From the NCBI GenBank assembly GCA_046563655.1, contig CM102286.1, forward strand, positions 744,001 through 808,000: DNA of 64,000 nt. The letters run 5' to 3'. The notes beneath the pieces were generated by a model. The model saw only the letters and a program-made list of their open reading frames with translations, searched no databases and was not told the DNA's origin. Of this stretch, positions 10,801-24,200 are shown one piece after another. The number at the start of each line of letters is the position of its first letter. Position 1 is the first letter of the stretch. The position numbers were made by a program, and so were the translations under genes. This DNA comes from Yuukianura sp. NJ FZ-2021. Taxonomy: Eukaryota.

Positions 10801-12231
10801 GAAAGTTTTGTAAAAATTTGAAATGTTTTGACTAAAATGTTAACTTTTCGAGTAAATTTGGTGGTTGCTAGGCTACGCGTATTTGGAAGACGTGTCACCG
10901 TATTGGAGTTTCATGCTGAGAGGGCTGGATACATTTTCAATTGTCATGACTTGGATTACAGCTTCTGTGACAACACACAACTTGGCACCACGGAGCCTCG
11001 TAGCCACTTGTCAAACCATTGTTGTCATCTTCTATTGTTGTGTCGGTAAGGAAGTGACTCATTTTTTTAAACAATGGCTCATTCTTTTTTAAAAAGTCGT
11101 TCTTTTTTAGAAAGTGGCTAATTTTTTTAAAAGTCAAAACAGACCCGTTCCGCTTCAATTTTTATACAAGGTGTTCAAACACCGTACTAAAAAAATTGTA
11201 GCTCCCCGCGGAACAATTCAAAATTCTTAGTCATGCCATGTTGAATCTTTGAGTTTGCTATGCAATAGTGTTGCCAAGCAACGACAAATCCAATATTTAC
11301 AAAAAATCGGAAGCATCCTCCTCACAGCGTTAAAGTTGAGAAGGCATAAGTGCTGTGGGAGGATGATTTCAAAAAATTCTTTTCAAAACTCCAGCCATGA
11401 TTAATCACCATTTCTGTTTTTTGTGAGAAGAATTTGGAGCCACCTACTCACTCATTTAATTTGATGCCCTCCAACCATCCCACCGCAAAACAATCGTTCA
11501 GCTACAATGCTTTAAAAAAATAGAAAAAAAAGTTGTTGCAAAGTGAAAAAAACGAAGTAGGCTTTTAGGGTTTAAATTTCCCACGCCGTGGAAGTCGTCA
11601 TTGCTGCAAATTGCCATTGTTGGTTCAATTGGGAACTTAATCTTTAGCGCGACACGCCCATAGTTTCAGTCTAACCTTTGTCTAACACTAAAAGTCAACC
11701 AGGTTCAAGGTTAAAGATCAAAACTGGTTCAGTTTCACAAATTTTCGCTGAAACGAAGAAAAAATGAGAAAAAATTCCTAGAAAATGGGAAATTTAGCAA
11801 AGAATTTTTGCAAAAGTTGTCGAACAATGTCTTTTTTTCGCTGAATTTTTATGTTTTTGTGGCCGTAGGTCGTGGATTGGGCAGCGTCCTGTGCTACTTC
11901 GGTCTCCAATACTTGACGAAGGAGTATTTACTCAAATCATGCAGCATGTTGGCAATACTCCTCTGCATCTTGTTCTTAATTATTCATTACTGGTGCCTCA
12001 AGCCAGTTCCCTACACCAAGAAGTTCAAAATGGACAAACCAGTATCACAAGGTCACCTTCAAAAAATCAAAAGTCCAAATAAGGCCAAGCTTTTTAAAAT
12101 TCGTAAAACTGTAAGTTCTTACCGGTTTTTAACGAAAGGTTTGATCTTTGTGTACAGGAACCACTGGAAATTATAAACCACTGAAGTTCATTAGCAAGAA
12201 AGACAAAGCCGAAGAGGATGACGAACTCTAA
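4870..12231 (+). CDS. Major facilitator superfamily MFSD6-like membrane protein with a large Cys-rich loop; exons 4870-5137, 5576-5733, 6331-6591, 6929-7250, 9114-9301, 10147-10331, 10404-10783, 10872-11045, 11869-12051, 12158-12231
   Basis: INKNLVTLKILLFVFYGG start of TM1, motif-A-like FGIISDKS, GFQLIFGTLGY, ATCQTIV...VGRGLGS and multiple hydrophobic helices. All junctions are GT-AG and phase-compatible, though the donor at 12052 is weak. The start could be ATG 4894. Confidence 0.82.
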
Positions 12232-12779
12232 TGAAGGAAGACAAAGGAAATTAGTTGGTCATCCAATTTTGAAATTTGGCACGTTGCATTCCTACATTCA
12301 CCAAACCAAAAAAGAAAAATTTAGTCTTAACTTGTACTTGCGAAGATGTTGACACGATGTACAACGTAACGGCAATTATGGCTTGATGTGTTCTTTCATT
12401 TAAAAGTTCTAAAATTTTGACAATTCGACAAAAAAAAAGTTCAAATTGTCGAAATTAAAGACAAACTCTGCACAAAAGCACCAGACGAATCTCACCTACA
12501 AATCAAAAGGTTGTTTCAACTGTTAAACTTAGAGTTAAAACTTAGGTTAAAATTCCAGCTAAATTCAATGCGACTCCAGTGTGTGCAAAGTCCACAATTC
12601 AAACGAATTTAATAAATTATCTGAAATGGTAATTTCTCGACCTAATACTAAACAAAACATTAGGCAACTTATAACTATTTAGGTTATTTCTGGCTTACAA
12701 TTTGGTTAACGAGCAACTAACTAGTCCGCATGAGTTCGATCACATTCACTTAAGCTTATTTCAACATGTTCGATGATTT

Positions 12780-14008
12780 TTAGAAGACGCGATACTGGTA
12801 GAAATTGATAAGTGTCGTGGAGACGTTCCATCCGGATAAGAGAGTAATGAAATACGTGAATCCAAGGAGTGTCAAGGGATATAAGAATACTCGTGTGTTA
12901 CGAAGTTGTGGAAGTGTGGAGTATCCCAGAAAGGTAATGTAGCTGTAGTAGCCTAAGGCAGCCAGCCACAGTGTGTTACCCAAAATCAGCGATATTGCAT
13001 AGTTGTGTTGGATCACGGCTGGAAATTGGTAAAAAAGAGAGTTAGTTAAGATTTCAGCTAAAGCAATTACTTTTTAAGTAGAATTTTCTCAAGTCTAACC
13101 GTGATACAGCAGTATTACTACACCGTGGAGCAGAACCAATAACGGGAACAATGCATTTAGATGTACATCGAAGCAGTAACCCCATTCCACTCTGTTATCT
13201 TGAGGCACGCCAGGTTTCAGTAGGTATTTGTTGCACACATACCTAAGAAATCGTTAAGAAAACGTTGTCAATATACCGAAAAATGTACTAAGATTCCGTA
13301 GTTAGAAAACCTAACGAAACAAACCCCACTTACCATATTAATGTCGCAATTGCAACTGCAACTCCAATCACGTCTACAGCAACAATGTATAGAAGCAGAA
13401 AGAAAGTCTGAAGCATGGAAAGGCGCAGTACAACACCAAATCCGATCGAGGAGACTAAAATACAAGTTATCAATTAGACGATGGAGTGCTAGAATTCATG
13501 ATTAGCCCATTTTCACTTACCGACAAGGAATATGGAGACCAACACGAGAAAAGCCGGATCATCCCGAGCAAACTGTGATTTGGTTTCTGTTATCGAACAC
13601 AAAGGAAACATGGAAATGGAAACAAGATCAGCATGATTCGGAATTCATGAATGTTCCTTACGTTTACGGTACTGAAAGTTTCTATATACTTTCTGTGGAG
13701 AGATGAATAAATAAATGGCTTGCCAAATAGCAAACTCAAAGTCCATTTGACTAAACCTCAAGATCCGACGCAAATACTTGTACCTCTTCGCCGCAGCACT
13801 CATACAGCCGGATCTATTTATAGAAAGAAGCAGCACAAAGGAGTTAAAGTTGCAAGATCAAATAACAAATTAAATTGAACGTAACTGCCTACCTATGTGT
13901 AACTGGCGACGGAAGAGATGCTGGGCCGTATGCAAAGGACAAAGGACTTTGACTTCCGCTGCTACTGTAGTGGGACGGAGAATTAAGTCGTGACCCTCCT
14001 GGATTCAT
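12780..14008 (-). CDS. unc-50: Protein unc-50 homolog; exons 14008-13893, 13813-13662, 13586-13521, 13454-13334, 13242-13100, 13018-12780
   Basis: Conserved KRYKYLRR..F.QMDFEFAIWQ..YL..PQKVYRNF.YRKQTKSQFARDDPAFLVL, VEWGYCFDVHLNA and GNTLWL.ALGYY.YITFLGY..LP.L.NT. Confidence 0.95.
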
Positions 14009-15075
14009 ATCCTTCTGGTCAAACTAAAATGATCCAAATCACAAGGAATCAGTTCAGCATACTTGTTCTAAATATAATGTTGTGCAAAATTACTTCAACG
14101 ATTTCGTTTCACGTTCGCAACATTAGGTCAATGCACCTTGATGTTCGAATCATTCAATTTCGTTCCAACACTGCCAATACCTGAAATTTATAGTAGAAGC
14201 TGACCTTGACACCTTGTTATCTGAATTCGCAAGGTAGTTTTCAATTAACAATTAGTAATTAGCAGACAAATACAACTCTGAAATCACAGCTGACTATGAC
14301 GAAAATACACACGTAAGTTCAAATGCAAGCTGACTAATTAAATGGATCTCGCTAACGGTTTCTTTTTTTCGTGAATCACTCACCTCAAAGCTGGGCATCC
14401 AAAATTGAACAACAAATTGTTAAATTCGTTGTTTGAACCAGAATGCTTCGCATTATTGCTGGGACTTCGCTCAAAACTCCCGTTTTTTTAAATAATGTCT
14501 TCCTCAGTGATCCACAAACTACAAGTTTTCAAAATATTATTTCCTTAAACATCTTCACACTTTCTAAGTTTCTAGCGTAGTACTTTTGGAAAATTAAACC
14601 ATGTTTAAAAACTAAAACTCCATAAGATGTACCACCTTGCTAGCTCTATAAACTGGTTCTCCGGCATCCCAATGACAATTTCCAAACAAGCTTGTTCATC
14701 GCCTCTAGACAATTACAATAACCGGTTTCTGTTTTTAGTGTGTAATGAATTTTCCTTTCTCTTTTTTCATTAATAAAACAGTAACATCAAGGTATTTGGC
14801 GAGGTAATGAAAAGTCACGCACTCACTTTTTCATCGATTCCAGTTTCAAAAACTTTTCGAAGTAATTAAGCAATGTTTATGTGATTTCCAATTTATAAAA
14901 AAAATGCTTCTCGCATCAAAATCTGTCTCCAAATTTTATCAATCTGAAACCCGTTTGATAATTCCAGTTCGCTTTTCAAGTGGAATACTTGAAGCTCTTT
15001 TTCCGGAATTTCTCGTAGAAGCGTAGAAGCCAGAGATCTTGGAGTTTGTCGCTGTGGAACATTCTGAAACAGAAG

Positions 15076-16924
15076 ATGGACGTTGTGATTTCTTGGGTGT
15101 TGGTTGTGCCACTGTTGGTTTTAATCAGTTGGTTGTTTTTGGCTAAAGGAAGAGCAAAGAAGTTGATTAAGAATACACATTGGGAAGATTTGAATGTTCA
15201 TGTGTGCGACACTTCAAAATTAGAGGCTGGATGGAATCTACTGCGCAAGGAAGAAGGCGTTCATGTCGCCGAGGGAAAAATTTACACCAAGATTCGAAAA
15301 GATGGATTCAAAAGTTATGTTGGTCTTTACGAACATAACATTCCGCTCATTTATGTCATCGACCCTGAACTAATCAAACACGTTTTGGTAATGAGTAATG
15401 ACAAATTGTACTTATTTTCAAATTTTTAAAAAACATCGCTAAAATTTATTTTTGGTCCAAGATCAAAGATTTCGACAGTTTCGTGGATCGGCGTACCGGA
15501 GATGTGGGAAAGTCAGATCGCCTGTTCTCACTAATTTTGAACAATCAGAAAGGTCAAGCCTGGAAAGACTTGAGGTCAACACTGAGTCCCGCTTTTACAA
15601 CTGGGAAGCTGCGCAGAATGTATCCGTTGTTCACCGATTCTTCTGAAAAGATGCTGAACTACATCCAAAATCAAACTAAAACGACACAAGATTTGGAGTT
15701 TGTTGATATAATGACACGATTTACAATGGACGTTATTGCTTCAGCAGCATTTGGACTGGATCCGGACAGTTTTGCAGCCGAGGACTCTCTATTCACCAAA
15801 TGCGCCTTGACTTTTCAAGATCGATATGCTTCCAAATGGTCACAACTGAAACTCGTCCTGAGCCTGTACTTTCCCAAAGTTTTTCTGTTTTTCCGAATTC
15901 CTCTCACGGATCACAACAACATGGCTACTTTTATTGGCATTGTACGTCAAGCAATTGCCCACCGAGAGAAATCTGGAGAGAAACGAGAAGATCTGCTTCA
16001 AATTCTAATGGACAACAGAGATCCGTCGGCAGTCTCCGCACAACCGAAAACATCCGAAGATTTGAAATCATTCGACAAAGATGCTGAAATCAAAAGCCCC
16101 GTGAAAAAAATTGCTCTAACGGAGGAGTTGGTCTTGGCTCAAAGCCTTTTGTTCTTTTTTGGAGGATTTAGTGGTCTTGAAGTGTTGATGCGCATGTGCT
16201 GCTATGAATTGTCTCTTAATCAAGACATTCAAGACAAGTTGTACCAAGAGATTAAAACTGCTGCGGACAAAAACAATGGAACACTGAATTATGACATCGT
16301 TATGAACGCAGAACACTTGGACAAAGTAATTAATGAGTCACTTCGGAAGTGGCCGTCCAGTACGCGCCTAGAGCGCATGAGCACAAAAGCCTACACATTC
16401 CCTGATCCAGAGCGAACTATTCCCAAGGACACTTTGACTCTAATTCCAGTTTATGCAATGCATCATGATGAACGTAAGTTTTCTAAAAAAAAACTTCATT
16501 TCAGAAATTGCTTGATTTCAAATCTGTTGAATCTAAAATGTAATTTTAAATTTTAATATCCAATTTGTTTTGAAAGATTATTACCCTAATCCAGACGTTT
16601 TTGACCCCGAGCGCTTCAATCCTGAAAACAAAGCAAAGCGACCAGCCTACACTTTCATACCGTTTGGTAATTTTTAATTTTTGTCAAATTATTAATTTCT
16701 TTTTCTAAATAAAATTTTGATTTTGAACGCTGCTAGGTGCTGGCCCTCGAATTTGCCTTGCTTTTAGATATGCAACGGCAGAAGCAAAAGTCGGAATTGC
16801 AAAATTGTTGCTGAAATATAAATTGCTCCCATCGGCCAAGACACAAGTTCCGCTTAAATTTCGAACCAACATGGGATTCAAACCACAAAACGGAATTTTC
16901 ATCCGAGTTGTTCCCAGACAGTGA
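15076..16924 (+). CDS. Microsomal cytochrome P450, CYP3 clan (CYP6/9-like), copy A; exons 15076-15387, 15462-16473, 16577-16666, 16737-16924
   Basis: N-terminal TM anchor, WKDLR (WxxxR), [15 protein letters not shown] (ExxR), DPERF and heme motif [11 protein letters not shown]. Introns are GT-AG and in frame. Confidence 0.93.
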
Positions 16925-17280
16925 AACACTGCCTCCAGAAAAATCACGCCCATTTTAGGTTTTTAGATATTCTTTTGCTTTAAATTTTCATGAATAAAAC
17001 ATGAAAATCAGCTTATTTGGTGACGTATTTAACAGTCATGCACTCACGTCTTGCTCATTTCCAGTTTAAAAGACATTTTTAAGTGATTTACTGATGATGC
17101 GTGAGTTTCAAAATCCTAAAAATCTGAAACCGGTTTCACAATTCCAATTCGCTTTTGAGGTTCTTCCATAGTTTATAGCATGCGTTTGCGTGTTTAGTGT
17201 GACGAGAGACAAGTGAGTCTTAGAATCCTTGGAATCTTGAGTTTTGTAGACATTTGAGTCGGAACAGTTTGAGAAAGAAG

Positions 17281-19104
17281 ATGGAAGTTGTGATTTCTTG
17301 GGTGTTGGTTGTGTCACTATTGGCTTTAATCAGTTGGTTGTTTTTGGCGAAAGGAAGAGCAAAGAAGTTAATTAAGAATACACATTGGGAAGATTTGAAT
17401 GTTCCTGTTTGCGACACTTCAAAATTAGAGGCTGGATGGAATCTATTGCGCAAGGAAGAAGGAGTTCATGTCGCCGAAGGGAAAATTTACAACAAAATTC
17501 GAAAGGATGGATTCAAAAGTTATGTTGGTCTTTACGAACATAACATTCCGCTCATTTATGTCATCGACCCTGAACTAATCAAGCATGTTCTGGTAATGGC
17601 AAATTGTATCCATTTGCAAAAGTAAAAAAAAAACGCTAAAAAGTTCATTTTTGGTCCATTTAGATCAAGGATTTCGACAGTTTTGTGGATCGGCGTACCG
17701 GAGATGTGGGAAAGTCAGATCGCCTGTTGTCTTTAATTTTGAACAATCACAAAGGTCAAGCTTGGAAAGACTTGAGGTCAACACTGAGTCCCGCTTTCAC
17801 AACCGGGAAGCTGCGCAGAATGTATCCATTGTTCACCGATTCTTCTGAAAAGATGCTGAACTATATCCAAAACCAAGCTAAAACGACGCAAGACTTAGAG
17901 TTTGTTGACATCATGACACGATTTACACTAGACGTAATCGCTTCAGCAGCATTTGGACTGGATCCGGACAGTTTTGCAGCCGAGGACTCTCAATTCACCA
18001 AATGCGCCTTGACCTTTCAAGATCGATATGCTTCTAAATGGTCACAATTGAAACTGGTCCTGAGCATGTACTTTCCCAAAGTTTTTCGGTTTTTCCGAAT
18101 CCCTCTGACGAATCACAATAATATTGGTATTTTTGTGGACATTGTACGACAAACTATCGCTTATAGAGCGAAATCCGGAGAAAGACGAGAAGATCTGCTG
18201 CAAATTCTAATGGACAGAAGAGATCCTTCGGCAGTCTCCGCACAACAGAAAACAGCCGAAGACTTCCAATCGTTTGACAAAGATGCTGAAATCAAAAGCC
18301 CCGTGAAAAAAGTAGTCTTAACTGAAGAGTTAGTTCTGGCTCAGAGCGCTATGTTCTTTTTCGGTGGATTCAGTGGCCTTGAGGTGTTGATGCGCATGTG
18401 CTGCTACGAATTGTCTCTTAATCAAGACATTCAAGAAAAGTTGTATCAAGAGATTAAAACTGCTGCGGACAAGAACAATGGAACACTGAATTATGACATT
18501 GTTATGAATGCTGAATACTTGGATAAGGTCATCAACGAATCACTCAGGAAGTGGCCGTCCAGTACACGCCTGGAGCGCATGAGCACGAAGGCCTACACAT
18601 TCCCGGATCCAGAACGAACTATTCCGAAGGACACTTTGACTCTAATTCCAGTTTATGCAATGCATCATGACGAACGTAAGTTTTCCAAAAAAAAAACAAC
18701 ATCTTTATTTAAAATTGTTTGTCAGTAACATTTAAATTTTAAATTAAATTTTTCTTAAGGTTATTACCCTAATCCGGACATTTTTGACCCCGAGCGTTTC
18801 AGTCCCGAGAACAAAGCAAAGCGACCAACCTACACTTTTATACCGTTTGGTAATTTTTAGTTTTTTTTTGTAATTATTGAAACTTTTAAATACAATTTTG
18901 ATTTTGGACGTTTCAGGTGCTGGCCCCAGAATTTGCCTTGCCTTCCGATATGCCACGGCAGAAGCAAAGGTTGGGATGGCTCAATTGCTGCTGAAGTATA
19001 AGTTGCTGCCATCGCGCAAGACAAAACTCCCGCTAAAATTTCGAACCAACATGGCATTCAAACCACAAAACGGAATTTTCATCCGAGTTGTTCCCAGAGA
19101 GTAA
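17281..19104 (+). CDS. Microsomal cytochrome P450, CYP3 clan, copy B (tandem paralog of A); exons 17281-17592, 17664-18675, 18760-18849, 18917-19104
   Basis: Same exon lengths and motifs as copy A with high protein similarity; intact heme motif [11 protein letters not shown]. Confidence 0.93.
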
Positions 19105-21293
19105 TACTGCTTCCACAAAAATGCAAAAAACTAAAATGCAAGTTCACTGCTACAAAGTATTTGCATTTTTTTTTTTACAAATTCGGAAATTAATATTCGG
19201 CATTAATAAAATTCGGAAATTTGGACCATTGAAACTCGTTGCACATAGTTGCTCGATAACTGGATTTCAATTTATTAGTTTAATTTACACTTTTAGCTGT
19301 TACTCCTACGAATGTGTAGTCTTAAGCACTTTCCATTTAAATTAATTACATAACTATCCGTTATTAACAATTTCATTTTCAATTCTGCAGTATTTGTGTA
19401 TCAGAGAGCAGAAGGAGAGAGTAGTATGGTACAAGGGGAGTATCGTTTCCTTACAATGATAATTAACTTAACAACGTACTCAATTAATCCAACAATTAAC
19501 AAGTCAAAGTAAAGATTTCCTCGTGTATTGAATAGTATAATTTATATCTATTAAATTTATTAGTGACTTTCCTAGACTGATAAACTTAAACCTAAAGTCT
19601 AATTCAACTTTTACACTTTCAAATCGCACCAAAATATCAATTTATTCTAATCTGCGACTAATATTTTCTGTTTTCTTACAAAACTATATTAACTTCCTCG
19701 TCTGAACAAACCTAAGCTCAGTTTGCCTAAGATTTAATTAAAGCAAAACTTAAATCCAATTTTTTTTCTGAACAAAATCCTTCTGATTGTGCAAAAGTGA
19801 TTTTTTTTTCTGTCTGGCAAATGTACGAGACAAACGGAGAAATCCCGTACAAAGTCAAGGTCAAAACTAAACTAAACTTTGAGATCTGTGGCTTAACTAC
19901 ATTTTAGTCCCAAGAACAAGTTATTTACGTCATCTACTAATTCTAGTTTGGTGGGATATTTAGCATAAATCTAATTTTTGGAAAAAACTAACCGGTGGAA
20001 CAAGAATTTGAAAAGAATTCTGACTAGCAACCTAAGAATAATTTTTTTTTTGTGAAAAACGAAATAAAAATTTGACAGGAAAAAAGCACATGGTTTTTGC
20101 TAAGAAAAATTCGATGTAGTGTAAAAATTTGACCCTGTAACCATTCAGAAACGTGAGATTTGTACAGGCTTTGGGGAGGAAACTGCTGTTTTGGATAACG
20201 TATATTTTTTTGTGTCTAGAAATGGCGTTTCTCCGAATTTTTTTAGGAGAATAAAAAAATCCGGATGGTGGATCCTTGAAGACTTTCTCTGAAGCTCAAA
20301 ATCTCATGCATTATTTATCTCCCAAAGAAAACCGGGTAACAATCAATCAAAAAAGAAGAAGGAAGAACAAGACGCAACTGAACTTAACTTGGGTTCATGC
20401 CTAGTTTTTTTTCCAAAAATGGAGAAAAAACTTCTGCTGGAAAAGAGAAAAGACGAAAAAATTGGATTTTTTCCCCTCAAATTGTAATATTTGCTGTGGG
20501 TCAAGAGAATAGAGTTAAACAGTTTGGAAGGAAAAACAGAAAAATTCTCCTTTATCCTTCTCTCCTGTCAAAACCAGAATTTATCCCCCAAAAACCATTT
20601 TTTTGGCTCATTTTCTGGAAAAACGGGAATAAATAGCGTGAGAAACTTTGCAAATGGGGATGAGAGAGGTCAAGTTTGAGTTCGGCTGTTTTCGGAATTA
20701 ATCTTAACCTAAAAATATACCCCTCGCACTGTTCAAGTCTTAAGATTTAAGGCACAGACACGCGCAGACGCAGTGAGTGGACACTTAACACTCTACCAAA
20801 TCCTAATTTAAACTAATCTTAACACGCAAAATCAAATTTTGCTAAGCTTAATTATAATTTAACACAAACAATAATGCTAAATGCACAATATGCTCTAAAG
20901 ACTCTGTGCCTAAAAAGTACAAAAAATGAAGGCAGCTTATTTAGTAACAATTCGTCCGCATAAAACGGTTTTTAGAAGACTGATTTACGCACGAGCTGCT
21001 AAACATTCGATAGCAACAATAAATTAATTTAAATTAACCGCCCCTTTTTCTAAAATCTTCAACTTATTGTCAGTTCATTTTCTCTGCTACACTTTTCAAA
21101 AAAACTTTTTCTGAAAAAAGTTTTTTTTTGTTCGAAGTCGTTGTTTACTAAAGTTAAGGTGATGGTGACATGAGATCTTGTGGGTTATTTCTATGCAGTT
21201 GAAGGGCGGGAGAGACAGGTTTTGAGAGGTAGGCGAGTGTGATGCTGTTCAGTATTTGTGATTTTGAAGATGTTGGAGACGTGATTGATGGTT

Positions 21294-24200
21294 TTAGACA
21301 AGATGTCCCTCATGCTCCATATTTGGACTAGGATTGGGGATGAAGGTCGTTAGGATTGAGTGTCTCTGGGGTGACAGCGTTCCATTACTACCAGCACCAG
21401 AAGACACCAGACGCCCATTGGGTTGTGGTGCATGGTGGTGGATATGGTGGAAACTTGTCATTGGATCCTGATGAACTGGATTTGAATTGAGAAGTTCCTG
21501 GGAGGCTGACGGAGGAAGGTGGCGCAGACTGCCGTTGGACTGGACGGGACTGCCAAAGCCTACTGGCGGTGGGTAGGACACGTAGCGGGCTTCCGGTGGG
21601 ATATTGTAAAGCTCTGGAATCGGTGGGACTTGGGGTGGACGGCTCGAAGTGGGACGAGGAGTCGTTCTTCCGTAAATTGGAATATTATCACCTGAACAAA
21701 CAAAAACAATTATAACATTAAACTTATTTTAATTACTTTTTCATAATATTCCCCAAATACTCAAATTTCAATCTCATCTCAATTCAAAACTTCAAAATCC
21801 CTAAACTTTTCGAACTTTTCAAACTTCCCACTACGTCCCCACCAAAACCCCGAGAACACAGTAGGATCCATTTCCTGTTGTGACAAACAATTCCAACCAC
21901 GTTTGAAATAAGACAATATCTCCCCGCCACAAATTCGTCCACTCCACTCCCTATTTCTTTCTTTCCAGAGACGAAATTGACACAACGACAAGCGAATCCA
22001 GCGTTCCAGATCGCTTTAGCACAAGAAATGAGGAAAGATGGCCTACCAGAATTTAGAATTCGGAAAGACACTGTTCGCCTAGCAGGAAATCGGTATCACA
22101 AGGTTAGTTTTTTTCTGGGAAAAGTTGCAGTGACCTCAAATAAGATATTGACCCCAGCAGTTTTCAGACAGAAGGAAGTCTTACATTTGTTTCAATTCAC
22201 CTCCAGTCTAGCCTTCGCTAAACCTATGTCTGCAGTGCAAAGAATACAAAGTCATGAACACAAAAAAGTACAATTCAATCCCCACTCGCTTCTCAAAGGT
22301 TTCTCAATCGCTGTTTTCTTAAGAAAAAGCAGCCTCTACTTTCGTACTTTTGCACGCGCTAACCCAAACTTCGTTCGTCAAAAAGCGACTTTTCTGTTCC
22401 AGGAAACTCCAGTTTTCAATACAACTTGGAAAAAGCTACTTCTGACTCTTAAAAAACTGAAAAGCGCGAAACAAACCTTCATCTAATTCTAAACTTAACC
22501 ACAAAAATCATTGAATCTAACAACGTAAAAATCCTGTTTCTTTTCAGATGGTATGGAGAGCTCATTTGAAACAAAAGACACCTTTTCAAAGTCATTTTCT
22601 ACAGAGCTACTACAGTTGAATTTAGAAATAACATTTTCTACTTTCTGAGAGGTTTCTAGAATTCTACACCAACAACTTCCTAAGAAAAACTTCAAGGAAA
22701 AAAGTCTACAAAAATCCAAACTTCGCCAAAAAAAAACTTTCACTTTCTCTCATCGTCCATTTCGTATTCTGCGAGCATTGCATTTGAGCCATAAAATTCA
22801 CTTTCTTTTTCATTTTTGTTGTGGAATGAATGAAATCAAGCAGAAATGGAGATGAATAGGAATCATTAGGCTGCTTTCCCTTCAAAACCTGCCTACGAAA
22901 ATCCTTATACATAGTTTCACAAAAAAGCATTTCCAAAAGAAGCTGTTGCTAAGCGACCGTGCTAAGCGACTTTAAATGAATACAGCTCCATAGTTACCAA
23001 ATTCATCAAAAATCATCTTCACTTACCGATTGTACCTTGATTGTAAGCATTTTTACGGAAGGAGTCGACGTAACCATCATCTTCAGCATAACCACGCGGT
23101 TCAACGGCACTCAAGGTTTGATTTTTAGGCTGTCTTGGCAAGGTTGAAGCTCTGTGGGCCATAGTTCCTCCTCTCTGGTAAGGAAAGGCTGACGAATGAT
23201 GATGATTGATGTGCTCAACCAAATATGTCGACACACCGCCATGACCTTTGCCCTCGTCATCCTAAACAACAAAAAAACGAAGGTTAAAATGTCATCAAAT
23301 CAAACCTCTCAAAAGAAGAAGTAATGAGTGTCTCATCTTACAATGTACTCATCATGATGTTCACCCTGTGAGTAAGTGGCACTCTTCTCGGAAATGGAAG
23401 ACAACGTCTCTCCCGTCACAGTCTCATTGTAAGAACTCGGAGCGTACATCTCAATCGTCGCTGATTTACTACTTCCTTGTTCACTTGCTACAAAAAAAAA
23501 GAGAAAGTTAGACTCCAAAACCAAGAAAAAAAGTGTAATCGACTTTTCTCTTCTAAAAAGTGTAAAAAACGGAAATAGAAATGGAAAAATTGACCTAATA
23601 AGAACCCACTTTCTCCCATTCTAACTCTCATCTTCTGCCGTACTTTTCCCCATTATAATAAATATTTATTGTCTTTCTCGCACATCAATATTTCTCCAAT
23701 TTTCTCTTCCTTTTTCCCATGAACAGCCCGTAGTTTCACTTTTTTGAGAAGAAAAGAGCGGGAAAGGCTCAAATCATATTCGATTGCCTTCTGCCCTGCC
23801 TCCCATCCTTTCTGATTAATGGTTTACTCTACTTTCATCATTATCAGACTCCTTCTCCAAGGTAAGCTTTCTCTCTTCCCAAGTTTTTCTAATATTTCAT
23901 TTCAATTTTTATGATTTCAATTTCATTTCGATTTCTCCAAATGGTTTTGAAGGGAGCCAAGGGGCCTTTTCACTCTCTCACGTTAACTCGTACAAAAATA
24001 CACTAAAAGATTTTTCCCGGAAAATTGAAACCACCGTAAAACTTCTAATAAACGTTAGTATTTGACAATGTCGCGTTTGGCAACAGTCCATTGCCAAACC
24101 CCTATCCTGTACACAAAGGAGCCTGATAGCTCAATTGGTAGAGAGAATCTTCCCGGAGTGAAGCGCTGTGGGTTCGAAACCCACTCGGTTCGTTAATTTT

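Noticed and set aside
12220..12231. C-terminal DDEL of the MFSD6-like protein as an ER-retrieval signal
   Set aside because: MFS C-termini are normally cytosolic, where KDEL-type signals do not act, and the last exon depends on a weak donor.
21977..22486. 169-aa + strand ORF
   Set aside because: Antisense within an sns intron, non-ATG start and no recognisable domain.
24120..24192. Functional tRNA, including tRNA-Sec
   Set aside because: Acceptor and anticodon stems do not pair properly; no UCA anticodon or long variable arm.
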